A DNA stretch of 63,613 nucleotides, the filler included, from Octopus bimaculoides (Eukaryota), in assembly GCF_001194135.2 (NCBI RefSeq). It is 8 parts of 8 records of this genome, joined end to end, with 100 filler letters (N's around TTAATTAATTAA, not from the genome) between each part and the next. Parts side by side here need not be neighbours in the genome. Positions count along the whole stretch, not along the records: positions 51,073 to 53,223 come from NC_068985.1; positions 53,324 to 58,887 come from NC_068983.1; positions 58,988 to 62,378 come from NC_068990.1; positions 62,479 to 63,613 come from NW_026340952.1; 4 more parts are not named here. One strand, written 5' to 3'. This document shows positions 52,641 to 63,613 of this stretch, piece by piece. A program made the translations under genes and the position numbers. Position 1 is the stretch's first letter; each line of letters begins with the position of its first letter. The notes under the pieces were generated by a model that ran no database searches, was not told the DNA's origin, and was given only the letters and a program-made list of their open reading frames with translations.

Positions 52641-53140
52641 TAATAATAACAATAATAATAATAATAANNNNNNNNNNCATACACACACATATGTATGCAT
52701 ATATAGGTATGCATGTATGTATATGTATGTATATATGCGCATTATATACATATACTACACATACATACATATATAGATAGATGTGTACAAACGTATGCGC
52801 ACGCATACATTCACATGCAATCACATACACACACACACACATATATAGATATACATGTTTATATATACACGCACAAATACACACATGTCTATGTAAGTGA
52901 ACATATATACAGATACACGCACGTATACTTAAATATACGTATATGCATGCACACATACACACTCGTATACATTTGAAACGAGAGATCATGTGATAAACTT
53001 TTATTTCAATAAGCTTCAACTTTACCAACGAAAGTATAAATAAAACTGACCTCAGGCAAACCGATTCTGTCTAATGAAATAGAAAGGAAAAACTAATAAA
53101 CATACATTTGTATACACTTGTATGTATGTATGCATGTATG

Positions 53141-53171
<31 letters not shown>

Positions 53172-53323
53172 GCATAAACACACATGTATTCATACATGTT
53201 TGGACGTGTCTAAATATATATGTNNNNNNNNNNNNNNNNNNNNNNNNNNNNNNNNNNNNNNNNNNNNTTAATTAATTAANNNNNNNNNNNNNNNNNNNNN
53301 NNNNNNNNNNNNNNNNNNNNNNN

Positions 53324-53395
<72 letters not shown>

Positions 53396-53396
<1 letters not shown>

Positions 53397-53659
53397 TAGT
53401 TTTATTTTTATAATGTGCTTCCACTTCAGTACCAAGCGCAGCTCTGTGTTCCTTGGGTATGTGCCGTGGTTTGCTGTGATGCTCTTATGGTTACTGTATT
53501 GAAAGTGTTTTGCGTAGGATGTGTGCAGTGCCCAGTAGTGCAATTTTCTGTATGTTATATATATTTGTAAGTTCTGGTGCTTTTGTTATGTATTTGTCTG
53601 AATATTATTTTTATTATACCTAAGGCACCTACTATGATAGGAATTGTTTCTGTTTTTAG

Positions 53660-53660
<1 letters not shown>
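53396..53660 (-). mobile_element. R4/Dong 3' end with (TAA)n tail
   Basis: LKTETIPIIVGALGII...NIQKIALLGTAHILRKTLSIQ*, then a 3' UTR and a (TAA)n run at 53324-53395. Confidence 0.85.
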
Positions 53661-53718
<58 letters not shown>

Positions 53719-53725
53719 CGTTATT

Positions 53726-53945
53726 AGTATCTCTTACATACTCAGCTTGTTGCTGGAGGTGTCATTAATGTAACAGCTGTTCCCATCCCGAAAAGTAAGG
53801 TCATATGTTCGTTTTCATGTCTCGAGGGCTTTGCAGAGGTTCCTTGCACTACCAAATAATGCCGTTTTCTGAATGTCCTCTATTTTCATTTTTTTTTTTG
53901 ATTTCCAATCACTTTTCAGTTTCTTTGCTCACAATATCGAAGACA
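53726..53945 (-). mobile_element. Second, more diverged R4/Dong 3' end with (TAA)n tail
   Basis: KIEDIQKTALFGSARNLCKALET*, then a (TAA)n run at 53661-53725. Confidence 0.65.
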
Positions 53946-53999
53946 CACAAATAGTTATTGCATTGTTCTACGTTGTAACTGTTATTTAATACTCTCAAT

Positions 54000-55164
54000 T
54001 TCGAAGATGGTTCATTGGTGGAAGCATTAGAGTACCGGAATCAATACGTTGTGGTATTTAGTCATGTTTATTTACATTCTATCGTACGTTCAAATCTCGT
54101 CGACGTCGCCTTTTATCCTTCGAGGATCGACCAAATAAAGTAGCAATCACATATTAGAGTCAGTACAATCAAATCTTCCCTTATCCACAAATTTTTGGCC
54201 TAGTGCTTATGTTAAAAACACTTATTACTTATTTATGGGTAGCTGTACGGAGGCGCGTGGTTTAGTGGTTAGAGTGTTGGACTCATGATCATAAGATTGT
54301 CGTTTCGATTCCTGGACCGAGTGACGTGCTGTTTTCTTGAGCAAAACACTTCATTTCACACTGTTTCATTCCCCTCAGCTGGCAAAAATGAGCAATTTTG
54401 CGACGGATCGACGTCTTGTCCTGGCGGGGTATGTACACACGGCATAGAAACCGAGAAACTGGCTCCGTGAGTCTATATGACCCGGGACGGATCTTCATCT
54501 TTTTTTTTATTATATAGATAACAGTGGATTGGCAGAAAATGTCTTGCGGTATTTGATTGCACTCTTCCCGTTCTGGGTTCAAATCTCGCCGAGGTCAACT
54601 TTGCCTTTCATTCTTTCGGGCTCAATTAAATAAGGTACCTGCCAAGCACTGGGGCCACTGAAATCCACAAACTCTTTTCCAGCAAAGATGGTGGCTTCGG
54701 ACCTGAATTAGAAATAGCTATTGTTGTCGTTGTTGTAAATGCAGAAGTTTGACAGAATCGGTAGAGATGCCTGTTGGAATTTGTTCCGGACTTTAACGCT
54801 CAGAGTTCAAATCCCGTCTAAGTTAACTTTACCTTTCATCTTTATTTAAAATTTTTTCTGAGCCCTAGGACTCAAAAGGCCAGTGACATGTCCGAGACCA
54901 CAACATTATTTCTAAATGGGACCCAAGTCTGTTGCAGGGTCTAAGGCCAGCAATTTTGAGGGGAGCAACAAGTCGATTACATAGAACTCCAATACTTGGC
55001 TGGTACTTTATTTTATTGACCCTGAAGTGATGAAAGGTAAAGTTGACCTTGGTGGCATTTGAACTCAGAACGTCCAATTACTTTGATTTCAGATAAATAT
55101 CGTACAGTCCTAGAAACTGGTGTGGCATACACACACACACACACACACACTCACACACCCACAC

Positions 55165-55196
<32 letters not shown>

Positions 55197-57330
55197 GGAA
55201 TGGAATTTATAAATATTATAATGCATCGGTACGAGCGTTTCCACAAATCACATGTCCCTTAAGATTATAGTCCGTATTCCTCGGTGCAACCCCAAAGACT
55301 GGTATTGCCAGTTGACATCATTAGGTTGTAACCGGCATAATAAAAAAGGGGCTTTTATATGCATATTCAAAACATTTATATATATATATATATAATTTAG
55401 CGACATTGGACGGATGAATGAGAAAGTATATGACTTTGGCAGGAACGGAACTTTGAAATGAAAAGGGTGTAAGTAAATACCATAAGGCCTTTAATCTGTC
55501 GTTTTACCTGTCATATCAGCTATTCTCTAAATATTAGTTTCTTTTACAAGCACAAAACCTCAGACTTGGGGGAGGGATATAGTCGATTATATTGACTGTA
55601 GTACCAAACTGGTATTTTGTCTTATTGGTTCTGCAAGGATGAACAGCAAAAGTAGATCTCGGCAGAATTCGAACCTAGAACGTAGAATTTGAACTCAGGG
55701 CTCGCAGCTGAATACCACATTCTGATATTCATTGGCTTCTCTGAGTAAGCATTGATGTTTAACATTGGCAAAAAGCCATAAATTTTGGAAGAGGGATTAG
55801 CTGATTAGAGGGACCTGCTTATTTGACAGTTACTTATTTTTATCGATCTCAGATGGATGAAGAGCAAAGTTAACCTCGATGGAAAATAAACTCAGAACTT
55901 AAAAATCTGTATCTAAATAGAGTAAAACGTTTTGTCGTTGCTCTGTCGATTCTGATATCCACGGTTCTCTTGACAAACAAAAGCTCCAAGATAAACAAAG
56001 ACAAATCTCCAAGACAGACAAGCCAAATTACAAAATATACAGAACATAAAGAAAACAGTACTACGAGACACGGCACATAAATCTGACTAAACTTTATCCA
56101 CCCATCCGTTGGAAAATTTCAGAATTTCGGAGAGAAATTTAAGGATTCCAGCGAGTAACTTTTTAGATTGAATAAAAATTCGTTATTACTCGCAATGTTA
56201 GCAAGATTTATTTTCTTTAATGTTGATTTTAATCGTGTTAACTTTAAATCAATGTAAGGTGATAATGATGCGTAATAAATTATTTTCCATGAAAGATTGT
56301 TTTATGTCTGTGTAGGGGAATATCAGGATGATAAAATTCTGTCCTTGGGGATGGGTTTGCATAGGGGTTTATTAAATACCGCTCGGCGTTTCATCCGTTG
56401 CTCAACTATTTCTACTAATGATCGCCCATTATTTGTTATAGTTGCATTATTGGTTATAGTTGTCTGATTGTGCAGACCTAGAGTGAACGGAGCTTCAATC
56501 GTGGCCATCCTATCATTTTTTTATGTCAATGACTTCAGTGTTTAATGTGCCGGTTCGCTTTTTATGCAGTAGAGTTTTATAAGAGATAGATTTAGCTGCT
56601 TTGTAGATTGTGCTGTAAATTTATTCTTAAATCTAAATGTCTGTTCTAAGCGTTTAGGAAGTTTTTGAGGGTCAGTAATTAGGTCTGGTTTTAAGATGTG
56701 AAGTAGACGAGAGAGAATTTCCCTCCGCTTTGAGACAGGAAGCTAGGTACTTGAATGATACTTTATCTTATCACCCCCGGAAGGGTGAAAGGCAAAGTCG
56801 ACCTTAGCAGAAGTTGAGCTCAGAACATAAAGTGTCAGATCAAATACCACAAGGCATTTTTATCTGACAACAATAATAACAATGGTTTCGAAATTTGGCA
56901 CAAGGCCAGCAATTTGGTGCGGTGGGGGATGGGTTAATCGATTACATCGATCTCAAAGCTCAGCTAATACTTATTTTATCGACCCTGAAAGGATGAAACA
57001 TGAAGTCAACTTCGGTGGAAATTGAACTTAGAACGTAAAGAGTAAGATGAAATGCCGTTAAGTATTTTGTCCGACGCGCAAACTATTCTGCCAGATCACC
57101 GCTTTGAAACAATAGCAACAACAACAACAACAACAGTAAATAATGATTATAATAGTCTCAAATTTTAGTACAAGGCCAATAATTTTTTTTAGGAGGGGAG
57201 AAGTTTATTACACCGACCACAGTGCTCAATTGGTACTTATTTTATCAACCCCGAGAGGATGAAAAGCAATGTGGACCTCGGCGGAATTTGAACTCTGAGC
57301 GAAATGTCGGATGAAAAGGTACTAAGCAGT
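54000..57330. mobile_element. Dense pile-up of about 10 SINE family B copies (+ strand to about 54845, - strand from about 54925), plus one family C copy
   Basis: Repeated gagttcaaat...ttgcctttcat and atgaaaggcaaag...gaactcagaac motifs; family C copy at 54248-54490. Confidence 0.8.
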
Positions 57331-57359
57331 TTGTCTGGTAATAACAACAACAACAACAC

Positions 57360-57412
<53 letters not shown>

Positions 57413-57514
57413 TAGTTTTTGATTTAGGCACAAGATCAGTGATTTTTGAGCGATATCTGCTCCAGTACTTGACTGATATTTTCTTTTAAAAATTCCGAAA
57501 GGAAAAAAGGAAAC

Positions 57515-57740
57515 CATTCTCTAGGATATGCCAATCTACATGATAGGGACATTAAAATTAATCGTCCGGATATTATTGTCAAGGACCACCGAGATAGGAA
57601 ATAAATACCTCCCGATCGAATTACCAGCCTAAATATATCACACAAACAATTGGAGAAGTTGTTCAAATATAAATAAATCGACATATATATGGCGAATTGT
57701 GTGATTCAAAACTATGACTTTCATATTCATTTTTAATTCC
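57515..57740 (+). mobile_element. R4/Dong restriction-like endonuclease remnant
   Basis: TIL*DMPIY/DRDIKINRPDIIVKDHRDRK...EKLFKYK (PD motif region), with stops and frameshifts. Confidence 0.7.
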
Positions 57741-58114
57741 TTCCGGCAGATACGAACATGTTATATGATAGTTGCTGTTGTGTTCGTCACAAGAAAACAC
57801 TGTCTCCTTTACGATGACAATGTGTTTACAGTACACTCAACTTATTGGTGCAAGGGATTCAGAGATAGCGGTATTTTAACATTTGTTTCGTCAGCGAGAA
57901 GCAATATCGGACCTTTGAAATAACATGAAATAATAACCTGTGTCCCAGAATACCCTGCACCGATGCGTCTAGTATGTTAATAACACTTTATCGTCGTAAA
58001 GGACACTTTGAAATCCTATGAAGAAAAGAATAGGGATTAGCATACTCACGCTCGAATCTGCAGAAACGAATAAATAATAAAATATACAAGACATCGTATT
58101 CAAATAAAAGCATA

Positions 58115-58300
58115 TCTGGATATAGAGACAACAAGATTATTGGTATCTGCAAAACAGAAACAATCTTTATAATATTATGTTCCTTTGGAAATGGTAACAA
58201 AATTCTGCAGACAAATACATAACCAAAACAGCATGACTTATAAAGTAAATACAAATATACGTACAGAAAATAGCACTGCTAAGCACTGCATATATATATT
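58115..58300 (+). mobile_element. Old R4/Dong 3' remnant
   Basis: DNA similarity to 53396-53660 (aaaacagaaacaat..., cagacaaatacataac..., cagaaaatagcactgctaagcactgca). A similar short remnant is at 55985-56080. Confidence 0.6.
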
Positions 58301-58430
58301 ATATAGATTATTTTCAAAGCGGCGGAAATATATGGGACCAAGAAACAAACCACTAGAATTAGCCAAGGCACATAAAGTTGCACTCATTTGTGCAGCAGAG
58401 AAATCATGCATCAAAAAGTAAAACTATTGT

Positions 58431-58438
58431 ATGATGAT

Positions 58439-58502
<64 letters not shown>

Positions 58503-58523
58503 GTGATGATAATAATAATAATA

Positions 58524-58555
<32 letters not shown>

Positions 58556-58679
58556 AATAATAATAATAATAATAATAGTAATAATAATAATAATGGTTGC
58601 AAAAGTTTGACCCCAGTGTCCAACTGGTATCTATTTTATCGACCACGAAAGGATGAAAGGCAAAATTGACCGCGGAGGA

Positions 58680-58714
<35 letters not shown>

Positions 58715-58737
58715 TGATGATGATGATGATGATGATG

Positions 58738-58798
<61 letters not shown>

Positions 58799-58887
58799 CA
58801 ATAATAATAATGTACACTACCGCAACTGTGATGAGATAAAGGTGGCGATGATGATGATGAAGGTAGTGGTGATATTCCTGACGATGA
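58431..58887. repeat. Compound (GCC)(GAC)(GAT)(AAT) trinucleotide tracts interrupted by a SINE-B fragment
   Basis: Seen directly; SINE-B piece at about 58590-58680. Confidence 0.9.
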
Positions 58888-58987
58888 NNNNNNNNNNNNN
58901 NNNNNNNNNNNNNNNNNNNNNNNNNNNNNNNTTAATTAATTAANNNNNNNNNNNNNNNNNNNNNNNNNNNNNNNNNNNNNNNNNNNN

Positions 58988-59332
58988 CCTCGCCCTCTGC
59001 ACGACGCAGCGAGTCACGAAAGCGACACGGCCGCTCGCCATTCACGCAAACGCGCGCGACGAGCGGGAACGCCCGAAAAGCCGCCCACTGCCGCCAGTCA
59101 GTGACGAGCATCGGCAACCTACCCAACATGGAAGCCGCGGACGCGAGCCTGGGTGAAGCCGACCGCGAGTGCAGATCTCGGTGGTAATAGCAAATATTCG
59201 AATGAGACCTTCGAAGACCGAAGTGGAGAAGGGTATCGTGCCAACAGCGGTCGAGCACGGGTCAGTTGGTCCTAAGAAGCGGGCGAAAGCTTCCACGAAA
59301 GGCGCCGGATCCGTCGCGAAACGAAACGAAAC
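58988..59332 (+). rRNA. 28S rRNA: Dispersed, diverged 28S rRNA fragment (core around D6-D7a); probably a pseudogene
   Basis: Contains LSU core motifs GCAGATCTCGGTGGTAATAGCAAATATTCGAATGAGACCTTCGAAGACCGAAGTGGAGAAGGGT and GGGTCAGTTGGTCCTAAG. It is a GC-rich island starting at a gap and ending in (CGAAA)3. Confidence 0.9.
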
Positions 59333-59471
59333 GAACATACTTAAGTACCTGAATGAATTTTCTTTAGAAATACCTGTAGAAGATTAATAACTTTTCTTGT
59401 CTCACAGTCAATCCCTTCCTTTTGATAATGTTTCTCACAAGTGTGTGTGTCTGAGACTGAATATATATATA

Positions 59472-59660
59472 CAGGAGTTGGACAAAATAATGGAGACACC
59501 TTAAAATTTCAAACAGATTAATTTTAATATGGGGTAGGATTGCCTTTGGCAGTAATTTCAGCTTGAATTCTGCGAGGTATAGATTTGTACAAAGTTTCAA
59601 TTGTTTCCAAAGGAATTTTTGTCCATTCTTCAGCTAAAACAGTCTCCAGTTCTTGTAGGA
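59472..59660 (-). mobile_element. Tc1-family transposon 3' end (transposase C-terminus plus TIR)
   Basis: LQELETVLAEEWTKIPLETIETLYKSIPRRIQAEITAKGNPTPY*; terminal TA|CAGGAGTTGGACAAAATAATGG. Confidence 0.85.
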
Positions 59661-59799
59661 ATTTAATAAAAATGATGAAAAAATTTATATAAAGAAAATA
59701 TTACTGGTTTCAATGATGAATCTCATCTTATCAAATGTTAGTAAAAATTTATAAAAATTTGAAGTAAAAACAGTTTATCTTCTGTCTATGGGTCAAAAG

Positions 59800-60120
59800 C
59801 ATGTCTGGAAGTCTTCTTTAAATATAGTTTGGTATGGAGTTCCAAGTGTTTGAGAGTAAGAGAAGGCTGTAGTTGTCTATTGCCTAAAAGAAAACTGTGG
59901 GTTCTTGCCAGGGGAGTGGCTGAAAAAGCATTTATCCAATAGATTTTATGTCCGCGTGTATATGAGTGTGTCTGTGTTTGTGTGTATTGTGTTGAATGTC
60001 CTTCAATATGTTTGGAATGTAGCCAGTTGTGTGTTGATGGGTGTGTACGTTGTGATAAATGTCTTGTTGAAGAAAGAATTAGGATTTTCCTTTGGTTTAG
60101 AGGTATTCTTTTGAGTGTCT
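59800..60120 (-). mobile_element. Possible second Penelope linker-region remnant
   Basis: KTFITTYTP and GNRQ...SL...LHTKL resemble the FITTYHP and RQPPNL...LVHTKL motifs of the PLE RT-endonuclease linker; heavily decayed. Confidence 0.4.
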
Positions 60121-60124
60121 CCAC

Positions 60125-60551
60125 CTGTGTATATGTGTGTGGTCACTAGCTGTGTGTATGTGTGTGTGTCTATGTGTGCGTGTGTATGTGTGTGTGTATG
60201 AATGTGCGTTTTGCGATGTTTTCTTTTGTGTGTATGTGTGTCTGTGTGTGTGTGCAGAGATGTGATTGTGTGTGCATTTTCTGTGTGTGTGCAGAGATGT
60301 GTGTATATGTGCAGAGGTGTCGCTGTGTGTGTGCAGAGGTGTCTGTGTGTGTATGTGTGCAGCGGTTTGTGTGTATTTTGGGATATTTTCTTTTGTGTGT
60401 ATACGCGCGTGTGTGTATGTATGTGTTTTTGTGTGTATGTTTTTTTGTAATGTCTCTTTTGTGTGCATGTGTGTGTATATGTGTGCATGTGTTTTGTGAT
60501 GTTTTCTTTTTTGTGTATGTGTGTGTGTGTATGTCTGTGTGTGTGTATGTC

Positions 60552-60590
<39 letters not shown>
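60125..60590. repeat. TG-rich degenerate minisatellite
   Basis: Recurring tgtgtgtgcagag(a/g)tgt and ttttcttttgtgtgt units. Confidence 0.85.
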
Positions 60591-60592
<2 letters not shown>

Positions 60593-60654
60593 GCATGTAT
60601 ATATTGGAAAACGATTTACGAAAAAATTTTTAGCTATTGGTTTTGTTGTTGTTG

Positions 60655-61420
60655 TTGGTATAATTTTGCATTTGTCAGTATTCTTTTTAGTGATTTGGCT
60701 TGCTTTTCACATTTGATGAATTTGTGTGTTTGTAGAATGTGGTTCATTTTTGGATCCCTAGTGAGCATTGGTAGATTTTGAATAATGGTGTTTTATGCCT
60801 CATTGTTTCTTGGGTTGTGTGTCGATATATAGGGTAATATTTGTAGATGAAGTGTGAGATTTTATTTTGTTTCCTTTAGTGTTTTGATATCTATTTTCTT
60901 GGTATGTTTAATCCCATCATCTATAAGTGAGGGTGGATAGTGTCTCTTGGCTAGTGTGGTTCTGAGGTCTGAAGTCAAAGGTCCTGAGTATTTGTATCAG
61001 AGACTATTGTGCAAATCCTTTTTGCTAAATTAAAAGGAATATTTCTTTTGATTTGTTTTGGGTAGCATGAGCTAAACAGAAGATATTGATTTGAGTCTGT
61101 TGGTCTATAATAGACATTAGTTTCAATTTGATTGTTGACTTTTTTCATCAAACATATCAAGGAATAGGAGTTGTTCTTTACTGTACTCCATTGTAAACTG
61201 AATATTTGGATTTATACTATTTTGTAGTGATTTAGATTCAAAAAATTTATCAATGGTCTCATTGCAAATGAAAAAACAGTCATCCAGATATCTTTTCCAC
61301 TTCTCTTTTATATAGTGGTAGAATGGGTATCCATATTTTTGTTGTGATACTTCCTATATGGTTAATTCTAAATATCCCATTATTAGGCTTGCAAGAACTG
61401 GGGCTGCTTTTGTTCCCATC
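60655..61420 (-). mobile_element. Penelope-like element RT/thumb region, decayed
   Basis: MGTKAAPVLASLIMGYLE...WKRYLDDCFFI...INPNIQFTMEYSKEQL...YYRPTDSNQYLLFSSCYPKQIKRNIPFNLAKRICTIVSD...RHYPPSLIDDGI...ILPYISTHNPRN...KSLKRILTNAKL. Confidence 0.88.
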
Positions 61421-61592
61421 AAAACACTATTTCATGTTGTTCTGTAGTCAGTTTGATACATGACATGTGGTACACTGTGTATCTGTCCATACATCCATAC
61501 ACACACGCACACAATATCACAGCCAACCCCTTGAAGAGAAGCTTTATTCAGTGCATGCATTTCTTCAAGGTCTGTGAACAGAGAAAATTCCA

Positions 61593-61798
61593 TCATCTTG
61601 AATATGAATCCGGTGGGATTTCTGAGGGCAGAATCTTGTTTGCAACCTTCTGAATCATCTTTAGAATTCTCTGCCAATAACCAGCAAAACTGAATTTTGG
61701 TCTGAATGATGCTGAGAAGAATATGACAACAGAGTTGGATGAGTTCACACTATAAACCTTTTGATACCAATCTATCTGAGCTGAGAGTATTCCTGGTC
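61593..61798 (-). CDS. Candidate orphan terminal exon (67 codons), product unknown
   Basis: Acceptor tttatttcatag|G; phase-1 frame GPGILSAQIDWYQKVYSVNSSNSVVIFFSASFRPKFSFAGYWQRILKMIQKVANKILPSEIPPDSYSR*; AATAAA about 45 nt after the stop; non-repetitive sequence. I recognise no homology. Confidence 0.4.
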
Positions 61799-62119
61799 CT
61801 ATGAAATAAATCCCCTGTTTTAAAAGTAATCTGAAGCAAAATCTTCTATCAAAAATTTCATCTTAACTTATGTTCCAAACACCAGTTTAATAACGACAAA
61901 GTTGTTTTAATAAATTCTTCATGAATTTTAAAATTAATTGAAAATTAATTAATGTTAACAGATATATAGTAAACAAAGGCATTTAACAGTATAAATCTCA
62001 TTTTGTGACAGGCTTTTGTAATGTCATGGAACACAAGAAAAAGATGAATTCAAGATAAACTCAGTTTTATTCTAGGAAATCATTGCCTTATTAAGACATT
62101 AGTCAAATAAATCAAGTGA

Positions 62120-62149
<30 letters not shown>

Positions 62150-62151
<2 letters not shown>

Positions 62152-62378
62152 ATCATCATCATCATCGTTTAACGTCCGCTTTCCATGCTAGCATGGGTTG
62201 GACGATTTGACTGAGGACTGGTGAAACCAGATGGCAACACCAGGCTCCAATCTAATTTGGCAGAGTTTCTACAGCTGGATGCTCTTCCTAACGCCAACCA
62301 CTCAGAGAGTGTAGTGGGTGCTTTTACGTGTCACCCGCACGAAAACGGCCACGCTCGAAATGGTGTCTTTTATGTGCC
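62150..62378 (-). mobile_element. SINE-like family D
   Basis: Near-identical reverse complement of 1707-1935. Confidence 0.9.
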
Positions 62379-63129
62379 NNNNNNNNNNNNNNNNNNNNNN
62401 NNNNNNNNNNNNNNNNNNNNNNTTAATTAATTAANNNNNNNNNNNNNNNNNNNNNNNNNNNNNNNNNNNNNNNNNNNNCCGCAGTCAAATGACTGAAACA
62501 AGTAAAAGAGTAAAAAAGAGTATATACATATATATATACACACACATACATATATAAATATATATATATATGTACATATCTACACATACATGTACATTTC
62601 TGTGTATATATGTGTGTGAGTGCGCGCGCGTGTATACGTGTGTGTTTGTGTGTCTGCATGTGTGAAGATAACACGACAGTGTTCCATTGAAAGGAGCAAA
62701 TATTTCTATTAAGTGTCCGCCATCAAATTTCCTTATCGTCCCTTATATTTATTTTTAGGACGTTAAACCAATCACATTCACCAAAGTTTTCGCGACCATC
62801 CTGGTCTTATCGTTTGCGGAAGAACTAATTTTAATCGCTGGTCGTTTCCAATTGCTGTTGAGAACGTCATTTGCAGACGAGATGCTTGGAAGTGATGTTA
62901 CTTTTGTTTACAGTTCTTTATCGCCGGACTTCAAATTCTTTCAACAGTCGCCGTCAGGTTTTCCTCAACTAACAGTATATCCCTTGGCTAAGATGTCTGA
63001 AATTGCTGTTTGTTCTTAGGTTGTACTATCTATACGTTGGCATTTGCGATATGATTTGCTATTTATGTAGTTTAAACCTGGGCATGCAATTTTAAAAATC
63101 AAAACCATAGACTTCATGTAGGATATATA

Positions 63130-63315
63130 TATATATATATATAGTTGAAATTTACAGAAAAACAAAAGACGAAGACAGGTGTATGAACAACAAAGCAGGC
63201 GTATTAGTTTGACGCTCAGGAAAGTGAGAAAGATTTCTACGTTTCGAGCCTACGTTCTTTAACAGAAAGGAACACAAAGAAATATACAAAGAGAATAAAA
63301 AAACTTGTAAATTTA
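63130..63315 (-). mobile_element. Penelope-type terminal repeat or non-autonomous element with degenerate hammerhead motif
   Basis: Minus strand ctttctgttaaagaacgtaggctcgaaacgtagaaatctttctcactttcctgagcgtc aligns with 24001-24062; a related copy is at 33984-34011 (-). Confidence 0.55.
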
Positions 63316-63384
63316 GCGATATATATGTATGTATATATGTATGTATATATGTATGTATATTTATGTATGTGTGTACTTGTGTAT

Positions 63385-63570
63385 GCCCTCACACCATCGG
63401 TTGACAACCGATGATGGGGTGTTTACGTCCCCGTAACTTAACGGTTCGGCAAAAGGAACCGATAGAATAAGTACTAGACTCACAAAGAATAAGTCCTGGG
63501 ATCGATTTGCTCGACTGAAGGTGATGCCCCAACATGGCCGCAGTCAAATGACAAACAAATAAAAGAATAA
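63385..63570 (+). mobile_element. SINE family A, 3' half
   Basis: Homology to the other A copies; a tail fragment is also at 62479-62520. Confidence 0.85.
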
Positions 63571-63581
63571 AAAATATGTGC

Positions 63582-63613
<32 letters not shown>

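Noticed and set aside
56323-56508. 61-aa minus-strand ORF (MATIEAPFTLG...)
   Set aside because: No recognisable motif or splice context; possibly a decayed retroelement, but it cannot be assigned.
58431-58887. Poly-Asp/Asn/Ile/His ORFs
   Set aside because: Pure trinucleotide microsatellites, read in every frame.
59042-59338. 98-aa ORF (FATDPAPFVEAFARFLGPTDPCSTAV...)
   Set aside because: Antisense reading of conserved 28S rRNA, a well-known spurious protein.

Overview
AT-rich, intron-scale eukaryotic DNA from a gappy draft assembly (about 8.5 kb of N in 25 gaps). The SINE families and microsatellite load point to Octopus or another coleoid cephalopod; this is inferred, not searched. Most of the window is microsatellites and transposon debris: three tRNA-headed SINE groups (local labels A, B, C/E), a (GAT)n-tailed SINE-like family (D), RTE, R4/Dong and Penelope retroelement remnants, Tc1/mariner and DD37D pieces, and several MITEs. 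No complete protein-coding gene can be assembled, and nearly all ORFs in the supplied track are microsatellite or N artefacts. The best host-gene signal is missing from that track: a minus-strand terminal exon at 46251-46486 encoding a 10-Cys, Trp-rich galaxin-type double-Cys-repeat peptide. Two weaker orphan minus-strand exon candidates lie at 61593-61798 and 26345-26593. Other signals are a CpG-rich NRF1/ETS motif island at about 32080-32320, minimal hammerhead-ribozyme motifs in Penelope-type termini, a 28S rRNA fragment that stops in the hidden-break (D7a) region, and seven identical synthetic N44-TTAATTAATTAA-N44 gap cassettes. No CRISPR array or prokaryotic system is supported.
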